DNA of 64,000 bases from the human T2T-CHM13v2.0 reference genome, Homo sapiens. How positions within the stretch are numbered: position 1 is the stretch's first letter; each line of letters opens with the position of its first letter. Location of the stretch: NCBI RefSeq assembly GCF_009914755.1, contig NC_060947.1; one strand, given 5' to 3'. Position numbers and translations under genes: made by a program. The notes beneath the pieces are model-generated. The model searched no databases, was not told where the DNA came from, and saw nothing but the letters and a program-made list of their open reading frames with translations. Below, piece by piece: positions 48,221-60,771 of the stretch.

Positions 48221-49929
48221 TTATACATACCTATATACATATATATTATGTACCCACAAAAATTAAAAATAAAAATAAAAAATATTTATCTTACCTCCCT
48301 CCCTGTAAAACCATTTCCTTATACTCTGCCAGCACCTGGAAATGTTGGTGGATGTGTACCCGGTGAAATAACCTAAGAATTTGTTGCTGAAAGATAGGAA
48401 TCCTTGGAAGTGATACCATTATGGAATTGCATCAGTTTTTCATGGAATATTACAGCTGGACATGGGAGTGCTAGGTGGTGCCATACTAAATCCCTTTGGG
48501 TCCAGAACTAGTTCTCTTCCCCACATTAGGAAGCAACAAGCCAAACTCCCCATGGTCATCTGGATCCCTCACCCATTCAGGACAGTGACCCCTTCTCAAC
48601 TCCCACTCTTGTTACCCAAAGACCTGAAAATGGGCAGGGGACAAGGAGTCAGTGTCGGTTTCCAAGATAATGGAACCGTGAATATGTTCCATGGGAGAGG
48701 CATCTTGCCTCGAATATTTTAACCTCCAAACCATCCAATTCCTATTTTGGGGAGAAGGAAAAGAGAAAATCTGTGAATCATTTTTTGGATATAAGAGTGG
48801 GAGAGGTCACTCTCTATCCCATCCTGGCTTTGCAGAATGGCTCCATAGGTTGCTTGTGAGTACAGAACTTGAGTTATATCCTATAGAACAGCCCTTCAAC
48901 CTTGCAGGCTTCTGTTTCCTCTATAATGCTACAACTGAGTTTTCACCAGGCCGCTCTAGCACTGTATGAGGCCAGGTGTTTCTGGGTCATGGTAAGACTG
49001 GTAGATTTCACAGACCTGAGCTCATGTACCATCTTCAGTTGCCATAAAAAGAGTTACTGGACAAAGTAATGTTTTGAAGAAACAACGGTATTAGGGAGCT
49101 TGTTTGTAAGTCCAAGAATTGTGGCTCTCATAGCATGACTAATATGGATGAAGGCAAATCTATGTCGTGAATATATGTGTACTCTTTTGTGGGAAATTTA
49201 AAAAGCCATTCATGATGAATGCATGCTAGACACATAATGGGTGTTTGATAAATATTAAGGAGGTATTAAAATAGTGCCTCTCATTTGCAGATTTCTAGAA
49301 ATGAATGAAAGTAAGCCAATGCCCTCTCTTCCTAGTCTCCTGAACCAGAAGTGACTTCTATTAATGTCTTGCAAAGCCAGTGACTCTGCAAAGATGAATG
49401 CTGGATATAATGATCTCAGCATTCTTTCACGAAAGACAAAATGGGAGTCACAGCATGTTCTGGTCACCTCCTATTCACCCCATTGTTGAAGGAAGGATTC
49501 CATACTCTAAATAACTCCAGATGGCTGAACACATATTACCCATCACTGAAGAGATCAGATTGGCAGCAGTTTGTTGGTCTCATATACTCACCACCCTGGG
49601 AGGAGGACATAGCACAACACAGAAGACCACAACTGGGTTGCACTTAGGAGCAAAGTGAACCAGTAAGTCCTATGGGAGGTACACTTTTTACTCACATGGT
49701 GATGGCATGCCTACCTTCTTGTTCCTATGGAAAGACATGATTGTTTTTTGTTGTTGTTTTGTTTTTAATCGCTTCAGTCTGGCAGAGAACTGAATCTCAT
49801 TTGGTTGAGGACCAGAGAAAGTGCAGCTGATCTGGCTGACATGGGAACAAGCTGAATGGCTGCATTGCTTATTACCACCACATCCAGAATGTTGTGTAAA
49901 ACTAAATCTGTACTTATGGCATCTGCATA

Positions 49930-50188
49930 TCTCTTAAGAATTTCTCCTTTGCCCTCTTTCTCTTCTTACCAGCATGTAACTAGCCACATTCTGACCTGCT
50001 AACTGCATAGTGAGTGATTACTGGGTGTCTTAAGGGGCATTACTTCCTGCATAGGTATTACCCCTCTTCTCTGCTCATATCTAGCATGTCGGTTTCTGCT
50101 GGTCTCTGGGGTGTGAGATTTTCCAGATCTCCTTTTTATCTCAGGGTCTCCCCCTCCTGCTCATATCCAGCTATCTGCCTACTCTAAC
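49930..50188 (-). mobile_element. ERV1-type LTR fragment (MER66-like)
   Basis: The minus strand begins tgttagagtaggcagatagc...atgagcaggaggg; family assigned from memory. Confidence 0.5.
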
Positions 50189-50498
50189 AGAGTCAGTAGA
50201 GGAGTTTCAAGGACAAGAATATTTAGCTTTCATAATTTCAACTGTATGCAACCATGTTTTTAGTGGGGGAAAACACTGTGTGTCGAAGTCATTTGAGTTT
50301 TATTAGTTGTGTTCTCATTACTTTCAAATATACAAAGCAGAGACTGAACAGTAACCCAGAACAGCATTTTAGGCTTATCTCAGTTGCGGGATGAAAATGC
50401 CTCAAGTGTAAATTAGATTTACTTAAAAATTAAAAGTGCAGAACACAATAAATTTGGGGAAAGAACTGCAGGTAAAGGTAGTAAAAGCACTAGAGAAG

Positions 50499-53400
50499 TG
50501 AGGCAGGAGAATAGAGTCTGGAGGAAGAGAACATAAGGCCAATTCACGCTGACTTCCTAGAACTACATCAAATGGAAACACTTCAGCTATGACAGGAAAT
50601 ATCCTCTCCATTTACATAGGGCGTACACCTAGTAAATGACTTTGTAACTTTACTTTATTCTCTTCATTTATGTAGGGTGTATACCAAGTAACCAATGGGA
50701 ACCTCTAGAAGGTATTTAAACCCCAGAAAATGTTGTAATCTGGCTCTTGAGCCCCTATCCTCAGGCCCACTCCCACCCTGTGGAGTGTACTTTCATTTTC
50801 AATACATCTCTGCTTTTGATGCTTCATTCTTTCCTTGGTTTGTTTGTGTGTTCCGTCCAATTCTTCATTCAAGATGCCAAGAACCTGGACACCCTCCATT
50901 ATAACATACTTTGGTGAGCCAGCCAGGAGGTAAGCCTAAAGTTTGGGATTTATTTTTCACCTTTTCCTTTCTGCTCCATACAGGGGAATATCTCCCTCTC
51001 TCTCTCTTTTCCTTTCCAACTCAGGACTCTTGATGGGCAGTGCCTAAACATGGAGGCAACTGCCGGGTTCTGGCTGGGGCCACTCTGAAGGAGTCTTTTC
51101 TATCTTTTTTGGTTGTGGTCTCTGATCCCTAATTGTGGAACAGCTCAGGGCAAACTCGCAGCTCAGGGCGAACTCACACATGTTTCAGGTAACCTAAACC
51201 TTCTTTTCTTATGCTAAATTCTTCCCTAATCCTACTTAACTGACTTAGGACAAAAGAAGCCCACCGAGCCTCCAGTTCCTATTATTACAGTTCATGGTTA
51301 TCACTCTAGTGGAACAGAAAGCATGGGAAAGCATGGCCTTATCAAATCATAAGGATGCTAAAAGTCAGGGATTACACACAGGAACCAAAGGAAAGCTAAT
51401 AGTAGGCCATTGCCTCTGGAGGGAAGACATGCAAAGCAGCACCAGTGCCCACCTAAGGTCAAAGAAGTCTGACACTCTAAGAGTGGACCCCAAAAAAGGA
51501 ATGCCCCAGGGGATCTTCTGGACCTCAACCTCTCCAAGAGGGATCCCCTGGGCAAAGGCTCTGGGGCATAATACTAAGCCCTCCTTAGAATTTTCTCTTG
51601 CAGTTGCAATACTGTTTGGCCCCCATACTGTTTGGAATCTGGAGTTTGCTGTTGAATGGGAAAATGGAATGGAATTGCATGTATCCAGGCTTTGGTGCTG
51701 CTCTTCTAAACAGGGTCAGGCCTAATTAGTATGTGATGTTCTCCTTTGGTGCTGTTTGGTGCCAGTGTTCTTTGGAGTCTGAAGAAGGTTGGCCTTTAAA
51801 AATCAAACTGCCATGGAAACTGCTTTACCCAAAATTTTGGTTCACAGCCTTCATTGGATTACCTATTGAGGCAAACAAAGTAAAACCAGTGAGCTTGTAT
51901 TGCTATCTCGTGGCTAGGGTTCCAAGGTAAAAGCTATTGAATCTTTCTTTGTGTGTGTATATGCATGCCTTGATATGTTTATTTGTATGTACACTTATAG
52001 CTATATGTTGTGTCCACCAAATTGTCTTGTAAGTAAAAGAGCACTCAGAAATTAAGTAACTAAGTCTACGCAATTTTCAAGTTCACATGACTTAAGTGTA
52101 ACTTTACTAAACATGCTGGTTTTAAAATTATTGGTAAAATAAAAATGGAAATGCCTTCAGAATTGTCAGCATACATTTTTGTCTGGATTTTATATTTGTC
52201 TCTGCTAGATATTTTGAGGTGTCAGGGTTTGGCATAGAAGGTAATAAAACTATAAACCCAGCCAAAGCAAAATGTTCTTGGTTAGCATGCCTTTTTTTAT
52301 GAAAAATGAGAGTAATTTAATGTTAGCTAAATCCTCTGAGTTATTGACAAAAATACCCATGTATTTAACTTTGAGGCTCTTACTTAGGTTTACATGAGCA
52401 CCTAAATGATGCTCGCTGTTTATTAAAAGTATGGTTAACAAGGAAATAGCTAACTTTAAAAGATAGTGTCTAATATCTCAGTATACAGAAGTAATCTAGA
52501 TAAACTGTTAAAAGTGAAAGAATTGTGTACAGTGAATGGGATAAATATTTTAGGCAAACGTGTAAATTAAAAACTTAAAATTATTTTTGATGCTCACTTA
52601 ATATCTGGGTCATTTCCAATAAAGAAAGGGCTGTGATATGGTGAAATATGTTTCTAAAATCATGTATTGTTCTTATCTATAAATGCCCATATCTGACAGT
52701 TTGGGGTTTCTTGCTTTTTAGGGTTTCACTACAGTTTTAGGTTACCAAGGATAAGAACTCTAGGTAACACATAATTCTGCTTACAAAATGTGCCAGAAAG
52801 TGTTGTGCTAATAGTGAGAAAAAAGTAATTTTGTCTAATTCATAAGTTACCTAAAAGTTAGTTCAAATTACAGATTTGAAAAGGTTAGCCATGAAACAAT
52901 GTAGTAAGGAACCAGTAAATAGGGGGAAAAGATGTAGAAAAAGTTAAGATAATAAAATATTCTTTAAAACCTGAAAGAGAATTGGCGAATTAACATTTTC
53001 ATAGTTAAAGCTCTTAGTCTTGATTAATGCAAAATAAGTATTGTAAAGAAAGGCATCAGCAGTTTGGCAAATTTTTAAACTATAGTTAAGCATGAAGCTG
53101 GATTTAGTGTGGAGCCAAATTTATCACATGCATGCTTTCAATTGCTTCACACTATGTTTACTGTTTTGCATGTATAGTGCTGGCACTGGAGTACTTATTG
53201 GTTGTTTGCCTAGAGTAAATCTCTTGATTGCACAGGATGTATGATGATATTGGTGAACTTAAAGTTATTATTTTGTCTATCAGGAATAAAACATTCATTG
53301 TGTGGTTTTTTTGGGTCCCTGCATAAGACTGTAGCCTCCAAGGTAGATTGAGTAGAAAAAATTTAGGGCTGGTTTCCTGTTTATTTGTTTTTGTTTCTAA

Positions 53401-53945
53401 TTTTTATTCATTTGCTGTTTATTTTCCTCTGGCGTTGCTTGTGTATGCACATATAAAACTATATATATATTTTACATATGTATATATAATATATTTATTA
53501 GTTTCTAGTGGAAGGCTTTCATTTGGTTCTGTGAATCGATATTTTGTTTCCTATGCATTTCTAGCAAGTCATCTTTTGTTCCATTTATCTGAAATTCCTA
53601 GGCTAACTTTGTTGGGACCACAGGAATTGATAGAACACACCAGCTTTTTAACCTTACACTAACTTTTGGGATTTTAGGCTTCCTGATACTTTAAATGTGT
53701 TGAGTATACTTTCGTAAACAGAATTTGAGTCATATTTCTCTCTCTGCCTGATTTCTCAAAAATTTGTAAGCTCTTTGAAAATATTCTTAATCCATGGCAA
53801 TGGTTTGCATACAGTCAAGCAGGGTCACTAGGGCTGCTCAGGGAGAGGGAACCCAAAAATCTGGCAAGACAGCAAAAGGGTAAAAATTTCTTACCATTCA
53901 GACTCTGGCTTCTCTCTCTCTCTGTGCAAATTGGTTAAATGAATG
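50499..53945 (+). mobile_element. Truncated ERV1 (MER4-group) provirus: MER61-like 5' LTR (50499-50906), PBS and non-coding internal region
   Basis: LTR tgaggcaggagaatagagtctggagg...ataaca with CCAAT/TATA-like elements. PBS TGGTGAGCCAGCCAGGAG at 50912-50929, complementary to the tRNA-Arg 3' end apart from one CpG-type mismatch. AT-rich internal sequence follows; no 3' LTR seen. Confidence 0.8.
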
Positions 53946-54129
53946 GAATTACAAGACACATCCAATACCCAAAACAATCTTGAAAAAGAGGAACAATATT
54001 GGAGGACTCCCACTTCCTTATTTTGAAATTACTGCAAACCTATAATAATTAAAAACAGTGTTGTACTGGCATAAGGGTAGGCATATAGACAAATAGAACA
54101 AAATTGAGAGCCCAGAAATAAAATCATAC

Positions 54130-57100
54130 TTTTTTTATATACCACATTTTCTTTATTCATCTACTCATGAACACTTAGGTTGATTTCATATCATGGCTAT
54201 TGAGAATAGTGCAGCAGCAAATATAAGCTGCACTTCGACATATTGATTTCATTTCCTTTGAACAAATACCCAGTAGTGGGACTGTTGGATCATATGATTA
54301 GTTATATTTCTTTCTTTTTTAAATTATACTTTAAGTTCTGGGATACATGTGCACTATGTGCAGGTTTGTTACATAGGTATACACGTGCCATGGTGGTTGG
54401 CTGCACCCATCAACCCATCATCTACATTAGGTACTTCTCCTAATGCTATCCCTCCCCTAGGCCCCCACCCCCAGACAGGCCCCAGTGTGCGATGTTCCCC
54501 CCACTCCTATGTCCATGTATTCTCATTGTTCAACTCCCACTTATGAGTGAGAACATGCAGTGTTTGGTTTTCTGTTCCTGTGTTAGTTTGCTGAGAATGA
54601 TGGTTTCCAGCTTCATCCATGTCTCTGCAAAGGACATGAACTCATCCTTTTTTATGACTGCATAGTATTCCGTGGTGTATATGTGTCACTTTTTCTTTAT
54701 CCAGTCTAACAATGATAGCATTTGGGTTGGTTCCAAGTCTTTGCTATTGTGAACAGTGCTGCAATAAACATACTTGTGCATGTGTCTTTATAGTAGAATG
54801 ATTTATAATCCTTCAGGTATATACCCAGTAATGCGATTGCTGGGTCAAATGGTATTTCTGGTTCTAGATCCTTGAGGAATCACCACACTGTCTTCCACAA
54901 TGGTTGAACTAATTTACACTCCCACCAACAGTGTAAAAGCATTCCTATTTCTCCATATCCTCTCCAACATCTGTTGTTTCCTGTCTTTTTAATGGCTGCC
55001 ATTCTAACTTGTGTGAGATATCTCATGGTGGTTTTGATTTGCATTTCTCTAATGACCAGTGATGATGAACTTTTTTTTAATAGTTTGTTGGCCGCATAAA
55101 TGTCTTCTTTTGAGAAGTGTCTGTTCATATCCTTCACCCACTTTTTGATGAGGTTTTCTTTTTTTCTTGTAAATTTGTTTAAGTACATTGTAGATTCTGT
55201 ATATTAGCCCCTTATCAGACGGATAGATTGTAAAAATTTTCTCCCATTCTATAGGATGCCGGTTCACTCTGATGATAGTTTCTTTTGCTGTGCAGAAGCT
55301 CTTTAGTTTAATTAGATCACATTTGTCAATTTTGGCTTTTGTTGCCATTGCTTTTGGCATTTTAGCCATGAAGTATTTGCCCATGCCTATGTCCTGAATC
55401 ATATTGCCTAGGTTTTCCTCTGGGGTATTTATGGTTTTAGGTCTTACATTTAAGTCTTTAATCCATCTTGAGTTAATTTTTGTATAAGGTGTAAGGAAGG
55501 GATCCAGTTTCAGTTTTCTGCATGTGGCTAGCCAGTTTTCCCAACACCATTTATTAAATAAGGAATCCTTTCCCCATTGCTTGTTGTTGTCATGTTTGTC
55601 AATGATCAGATGGTTGTAGATGTGTGGTGTTATTTCTGAGGCCTCTGTTCTGTTACATTGGTCTATATATCTGTTTTGGTACCAGTACCATGCTGTTTTG
55701 GTTACTGTAGCCTTGTAGTATAGTTTGAAGTCATGTAGCATGATGCCTCCAGCTTTGTTCTTTTTGCTTAGGATTGTTTGGCTAAACGGGCTCTTTTTTT
55801 GGTTTCTTATAAAATTTAAAGTAGTTTTTTTTCTAATTCTGTGAAGAAAGTCAATGGTAGCTTGATGAGGATAGCACTGAATCTATAAATTACTTTGGGC
55901 AGTATGGCCATTTTCACAATATTGATTCTTCCTATCCATGAGCATGGAATGATTTTCCATTTGTTTGTGTCCTCTCTTATTTCCTTGACCAGTGGTTTCT
56001 AGTTCTCCTTGAAGAGGTCCTTCACATCCCTTGTAAGTTGGATTCCTAGGTATTTTATTCTCTTTGTAGCAATTGTGAATGGGAGTTCACTCGTGATTTG
56101 GCTCATCTGTCTATTATTGGTGTATAGGAATGCTTGTGATTTTTGCACATTGATTTTGTATCCTGAGACTTTGCTGAAGTTGCTTATCAGCTTAAGGAGA
56201 TTTTGGGCTGAGAGGATGGGGTTTTTAAAATATACAATCATATCATCTGCAAACAGAGACAATTTGACTTCCTCTCTTTCTATTTGAATACCCTTTATTT
56301 CTTTCTCTTGCATGATTGCCGTGGCCAGAACTTCCAATACTATGTTGAATAGGAGTGGTGAGAGAGGGCATCCTTGTCTTTTGGTGGTTTTCAAAGGGAA
56401 TGCTCCCAGCTTTTGCCCATTCAGTATGATATTGGCTGTGGGTTTGTCATAAATAGCCCTTATTATTTTGAGATATGTTCCATCAATACTTAAGTTTATT
56501 GAGACTTTTTAGCACAAAGGAGTGTTGAATTTTATTGAAGGCCTTTTCTGCATCTATTGAGATAATCATGTGGTTTTTGTCATTTGTACTGTTTAAGTGA
56601 TGGATTATGTTTATTGGTTTGCATATGTTGAACCAGCCTTGCATCCCAGGGATGAAGCTGACTTGAAGGTGGTGGATAAGCTTTTTGATGTGCTGCTGGA
56701 TTCGGTTTGCCAGTATTTTATTGAGGATTTTTTCATTGATGTTTATCAGGGATATTGGCCTGAAATTTTCTTTTGTGTGTGTGTGTGTCTCAGGTTTTGG
56801 TATCAGGATGATGCTGACCTCATAAAATGAGTTAGGGAGGAGTCCCTCTTTTTCTATTGTTTGGAATAGTTTCAGAAGGAAGGGTACCAGCTCTTATTTG
56901 TACCTCTGGTAGAATTCGGCTGTGAATCTGTCTGGTCCTGGGCTTTTTTGGTTGGTAGGCTATTAATTACTGCCTAAATTTCAGAACTTGTTATTGGTCT
57001 ATTCAGGGATTCGACTTCTGCCTTGTGTAGTCTTGGGAGGGTGTATGTGTCCAGCAATTTATCCATTTCTTCTAGATTTTGTTGTTTATTTCCATAGAGG

Positions 57101-60100
57101 TATTTATAGTATTCTCTGATGGTAGTTTGTATTTCTGTGGGATCAGTGGTGATATCCCCTTTATCATTTTTTATTGTGTCTATTTGATTTTTCTCTCTTC
57201 TTCTTTATCAGTCTGGCTAGCAGTCTATCTATTTTGTTAATCTTTTCAAAAAAACAGCTCCTGGATTCATTGATTTTTTGAAGGGTTTTTCATGTCTCTA
57301 TCTCCTTCAGTTTGGCTCTGATCTTAGTTATTTCTTGTCTTCTGCTAGCTGTTGAATTTGTTTGCTCTTGCTTCTCTAGTTCTTTTAATTGTGATGTTAG
57401 GGTGTCAATTTTTGATCTTTCCTGCTTTCTCCTGTGGGTATTTAGTGCTATAAATTTCCCTCTAAACACTGCTTTAGCTGTGTCCCAGAGATTCTGGTAC
57501 ATTGTATCTTTGTTCTCATTGGTTTCAAAGAACTTATTTATTTCTACCTTAATTTTGTTATTTACTCACTAGTCATTCAGGAGCAGGTTGTTCAATTTCC
57601 ATGTAGTTGTGAGGTTTTGAGTGAGTTTCTTAATCCTGAGTTCTAATTTGATTGCACTGTGGTCTGAGAGACTGTTATGATTTCCATTATTTCGCGTTTA
57701 CTGAGGAGTATTTTACTTCCAATTGTGTCGTCAATTTTAGAATAAGTGGGATGTGGTGTTGAGAAGAATGTATATTCTGTTTATTTGAGGTGGAGAGTTC
57801 TGTAGATGTCTATTAGGTCTGCTTGGTCCAGAGCTGAGTTCAAGTCCTGAATATGCTTGTTAATTTTCTGTCTTGGTGATCTGTCTAATATTGACAGTGG
57901 GGTGTTAAAGTCTCCCAATATTATTGTGTGGGAGTCTACATCTCTTTGTAAGTCTCTAAGAACTTGCTTTATGAATCTGGGTCCTCCTGTATTGGGTGCA
58001 TATATGTTTAGGATAGTTATCTCTTCTTGTTGCATTGATCCCTTTACCATCATGTAACGCCCTTCTTTGTCTTTTTTGATCTTTCTTGGTTTAAAGTCTG
58101 TTTTATCAGAGACTAGGATTGCAACCCTTTCTGTTTGTTTGTTTGTTTCCATTTACTTGGTAAATATTTCTCCATCCCTTTATCTTGAGCCTATGTGTGT
58201 CTTTGCACGTGAGATGGGTCTCCTGAATACAGTACAGTGATGGATCTTGACTCTTTATCCAATTTGCCACTCTCTGTCTTTTAATTGGGACATTTAGCCC
58301 ATTTACATTTAAGGTTAATATTTTTATGTGTGAATTTGATCCTGTCATTATGATGCCAGCTGGTTATTTTGCCCATTACTTGATGCAGTTTCTTCATAGT
58401 GTCGATGGTCTTTACAATTTTGTATGTTTTTGCAGTGGCTGGTACCGGTTTTTCCTTTCCATATTTAATGCTTCCTTCAGGAACTCTTGTGAGGTAGGCC
58501 TGGTGGTGACAAAATCTCTCAGCATTTGCTTGTCTGTAAAGGATTTTATTTCTCCTTTGCTTATTAAGCTTAGTTTGTCTGGATATGAACTTCTGGGTTG
58601 AAAATTCTTTCCTTTAAGAATGTTGAATATTGGCCCCCACTCTCTTCTGGCTTGTAGGGTTTCTGCCAAGAGATCCGCTGTTAGTCTGATGGGCTTCCCT
58701 TTGTGGGTAGTCCGACCTTTCTCTCTGGCTGCCCTTAACATTTTTTCCTTCATTTCAACTTTGGTGAATCTGACAATTATGTGTCTTTGGGTTGCTCTTC
58801 TCATGGAATATCTTTGTGGTTTTCTCTGTATTTCCTGAATTTGAATGTTGGCCTGTCTTGCAAGGTTGGGGAAGTTCTCCTGGATAATATCCTGAAGAGT
58901 GTTTTCCAACTTGGTTCCATTCTCCATGTCACTTTCAGGTACACCAGTGAAATGTAGGTTTGGTCTTTTCACATAGTCCCATATTTCTTGGAGGCTTTGT
59001 TCCTTTTCATTCTTTTTTCTCTAATCTTGTCTTCATGCTTTATTTCATTAAAATGATCTTCAATCTCTGATATCCTTTCTTCTGCTTGATCGATTTAGCT
59101 ATTGATACTTGTGTATGCTTCATGAAGTTCTCGTGCTGTGTTTTTCAGCTCCTTCAGGTCATTTGTGTTCTGCTCTAAACTGATTATTCTAGTTTGCAAT
59201 TTCTCTCACCTTTTTTCAACGTTCTTAGCTTCCTTGCATTGGGTTAGAACATGCTCCTTTAGCTCAGAGGAGTTTGTTGTTACCCACCTTCTGAAGCCTA
59301 CTGCTGTCAATTTGTCAAACTCATTCTCCGTCCAGTTTTGTTCTCTTGCTGGCGAGGAGTTGTGGTCCTTTTGAGGAAAAGAGGCATTACGGTTTTTGGA
59401 ATTTTCAGCCTTTTTGTGCTGTTTTTTCCTCATCTTCATGGATTTATCTACCTTTGGTCTTTGATGTTGGTGATCTTCAGATGGGGTTTTTGTGTGGACG
59501 TCCTTTTTGTTGATGTTGATACTATTCCTTTCTGTTTGTTAGTTTTCCTTCTAACAGTCAGGCCCTTCTGCTTCAGGTCTGCTGGAGTTTGCTGGAGGTC
59601 CAATCCAGACCCTGTTTGCCTGTGTATCACCAGCAGAGGCTGCAGAACAGCAAAGACTGCTGCCTCTTCCTTCCTCTAGAAGCTTTGTCCCAGAGGGGCA
59701 CCTGCCAGATGCCAGCTGGAGCTCTCCTTTATGAGGTGTCTGTTGACCCCTGCTGGGAGATGTCTCCCAGTCATGAGGCATGGGGATCAGGGACCCACTT
59801 GAGGAGGCAGTCTGTCCCTTAGCAGGGCTCGAGCACTGTGCTGTGAGATCCGTTGCTCTCTTCAGAGACTGTAGGCAGGAACGCTTAAGGCTGCTGAAGC
59901 TGTGCCCACAGCCACCTCTTCCCCCAGGTGCTCTGTCCCAGGGAGTTGGGAGTTTTATCTATAAGCCCCTGACTGGGGCTGCTGCCTTTCTTTCAGAGAT
60001 GCCCTGCCCAGAGAGGAGGAATCTAGAGAGGCAGTTTGGCTAGCGTAGCTTTGTTGAGCTGTGGTGGGCTCTGCCGAGTTTGAACTTCCTGGTGGCTTTG

Positions 60101-60771
60101 TTTATACTGTGAGGAGAAAACCACCTACTCAAGCCTCAGTAATGGTGGATGCCCCTCCCCCCATCAAGCTCGAGCGTACCAGGTCGACTTCAGACTGCTG
60201 TGCTGGCAGCGAGAATTTCAAACCCGTGGATCTTAGCTTGCTGGGCTCCGTGGGGTTGGATCCAATGAGCTAGTCCACTTGGCTCCCTGGCTTCAGCCCC
60301 CTTTCCAGGGAGTGAAAAGTTCTGTCTTGCTGGTTCTCCAGGTGCCACTGGGTTATGACAAAAACTCCTGCAGCTAGCTCAGTGTCTGCCCAAATAGCTG
60401 CCCAGTTTTGTGGTTGAAACCCAGGGCCCTGGTGGCATAGGCACCTGAGGGAATCCCCTGGTCTGTGGGTTGTGAATACCATGGGAAAAGTGTAGTATCT
60501 GGGCTGGAATGCACCATCCCTCAGGGCACAGTCCCTCAGGGCTTCCCGTGGCTAGGGGAGGGAGTTCTCCCAACCCCTTGTACTTCCCGGGTAAGGTGAA
60601 CCCCACCTTGCTTCTGCTCACCCTCCATGAGCTGCACCCACTGTCTAACCAGTCCCAATGAGATGAGCTGGGTACCTCAGTTGGAAATGCAGAAATCACC
60701 CACCTTCTGCATTGATCTCACTGGAAGCTGCAGACCAGAGCTGTTCCTATTTGGCCATCTTACCAGCCACC
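54130..60771 (-). mobile_element. Full-length L1PA (L1PA7-like) with about 170-bp 3' transduction
   Basis: 5'UTR ggctggtaagatggccaaatagg at about 60765. ORF1 (58412-58972), EN (58106-58348) and RT (55999-56394) fragments. TSD aaaatcatac at 54120-54129 and 60772-60781, inserted in an older plus-strand L1M fragment. Confidence 0.95.
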
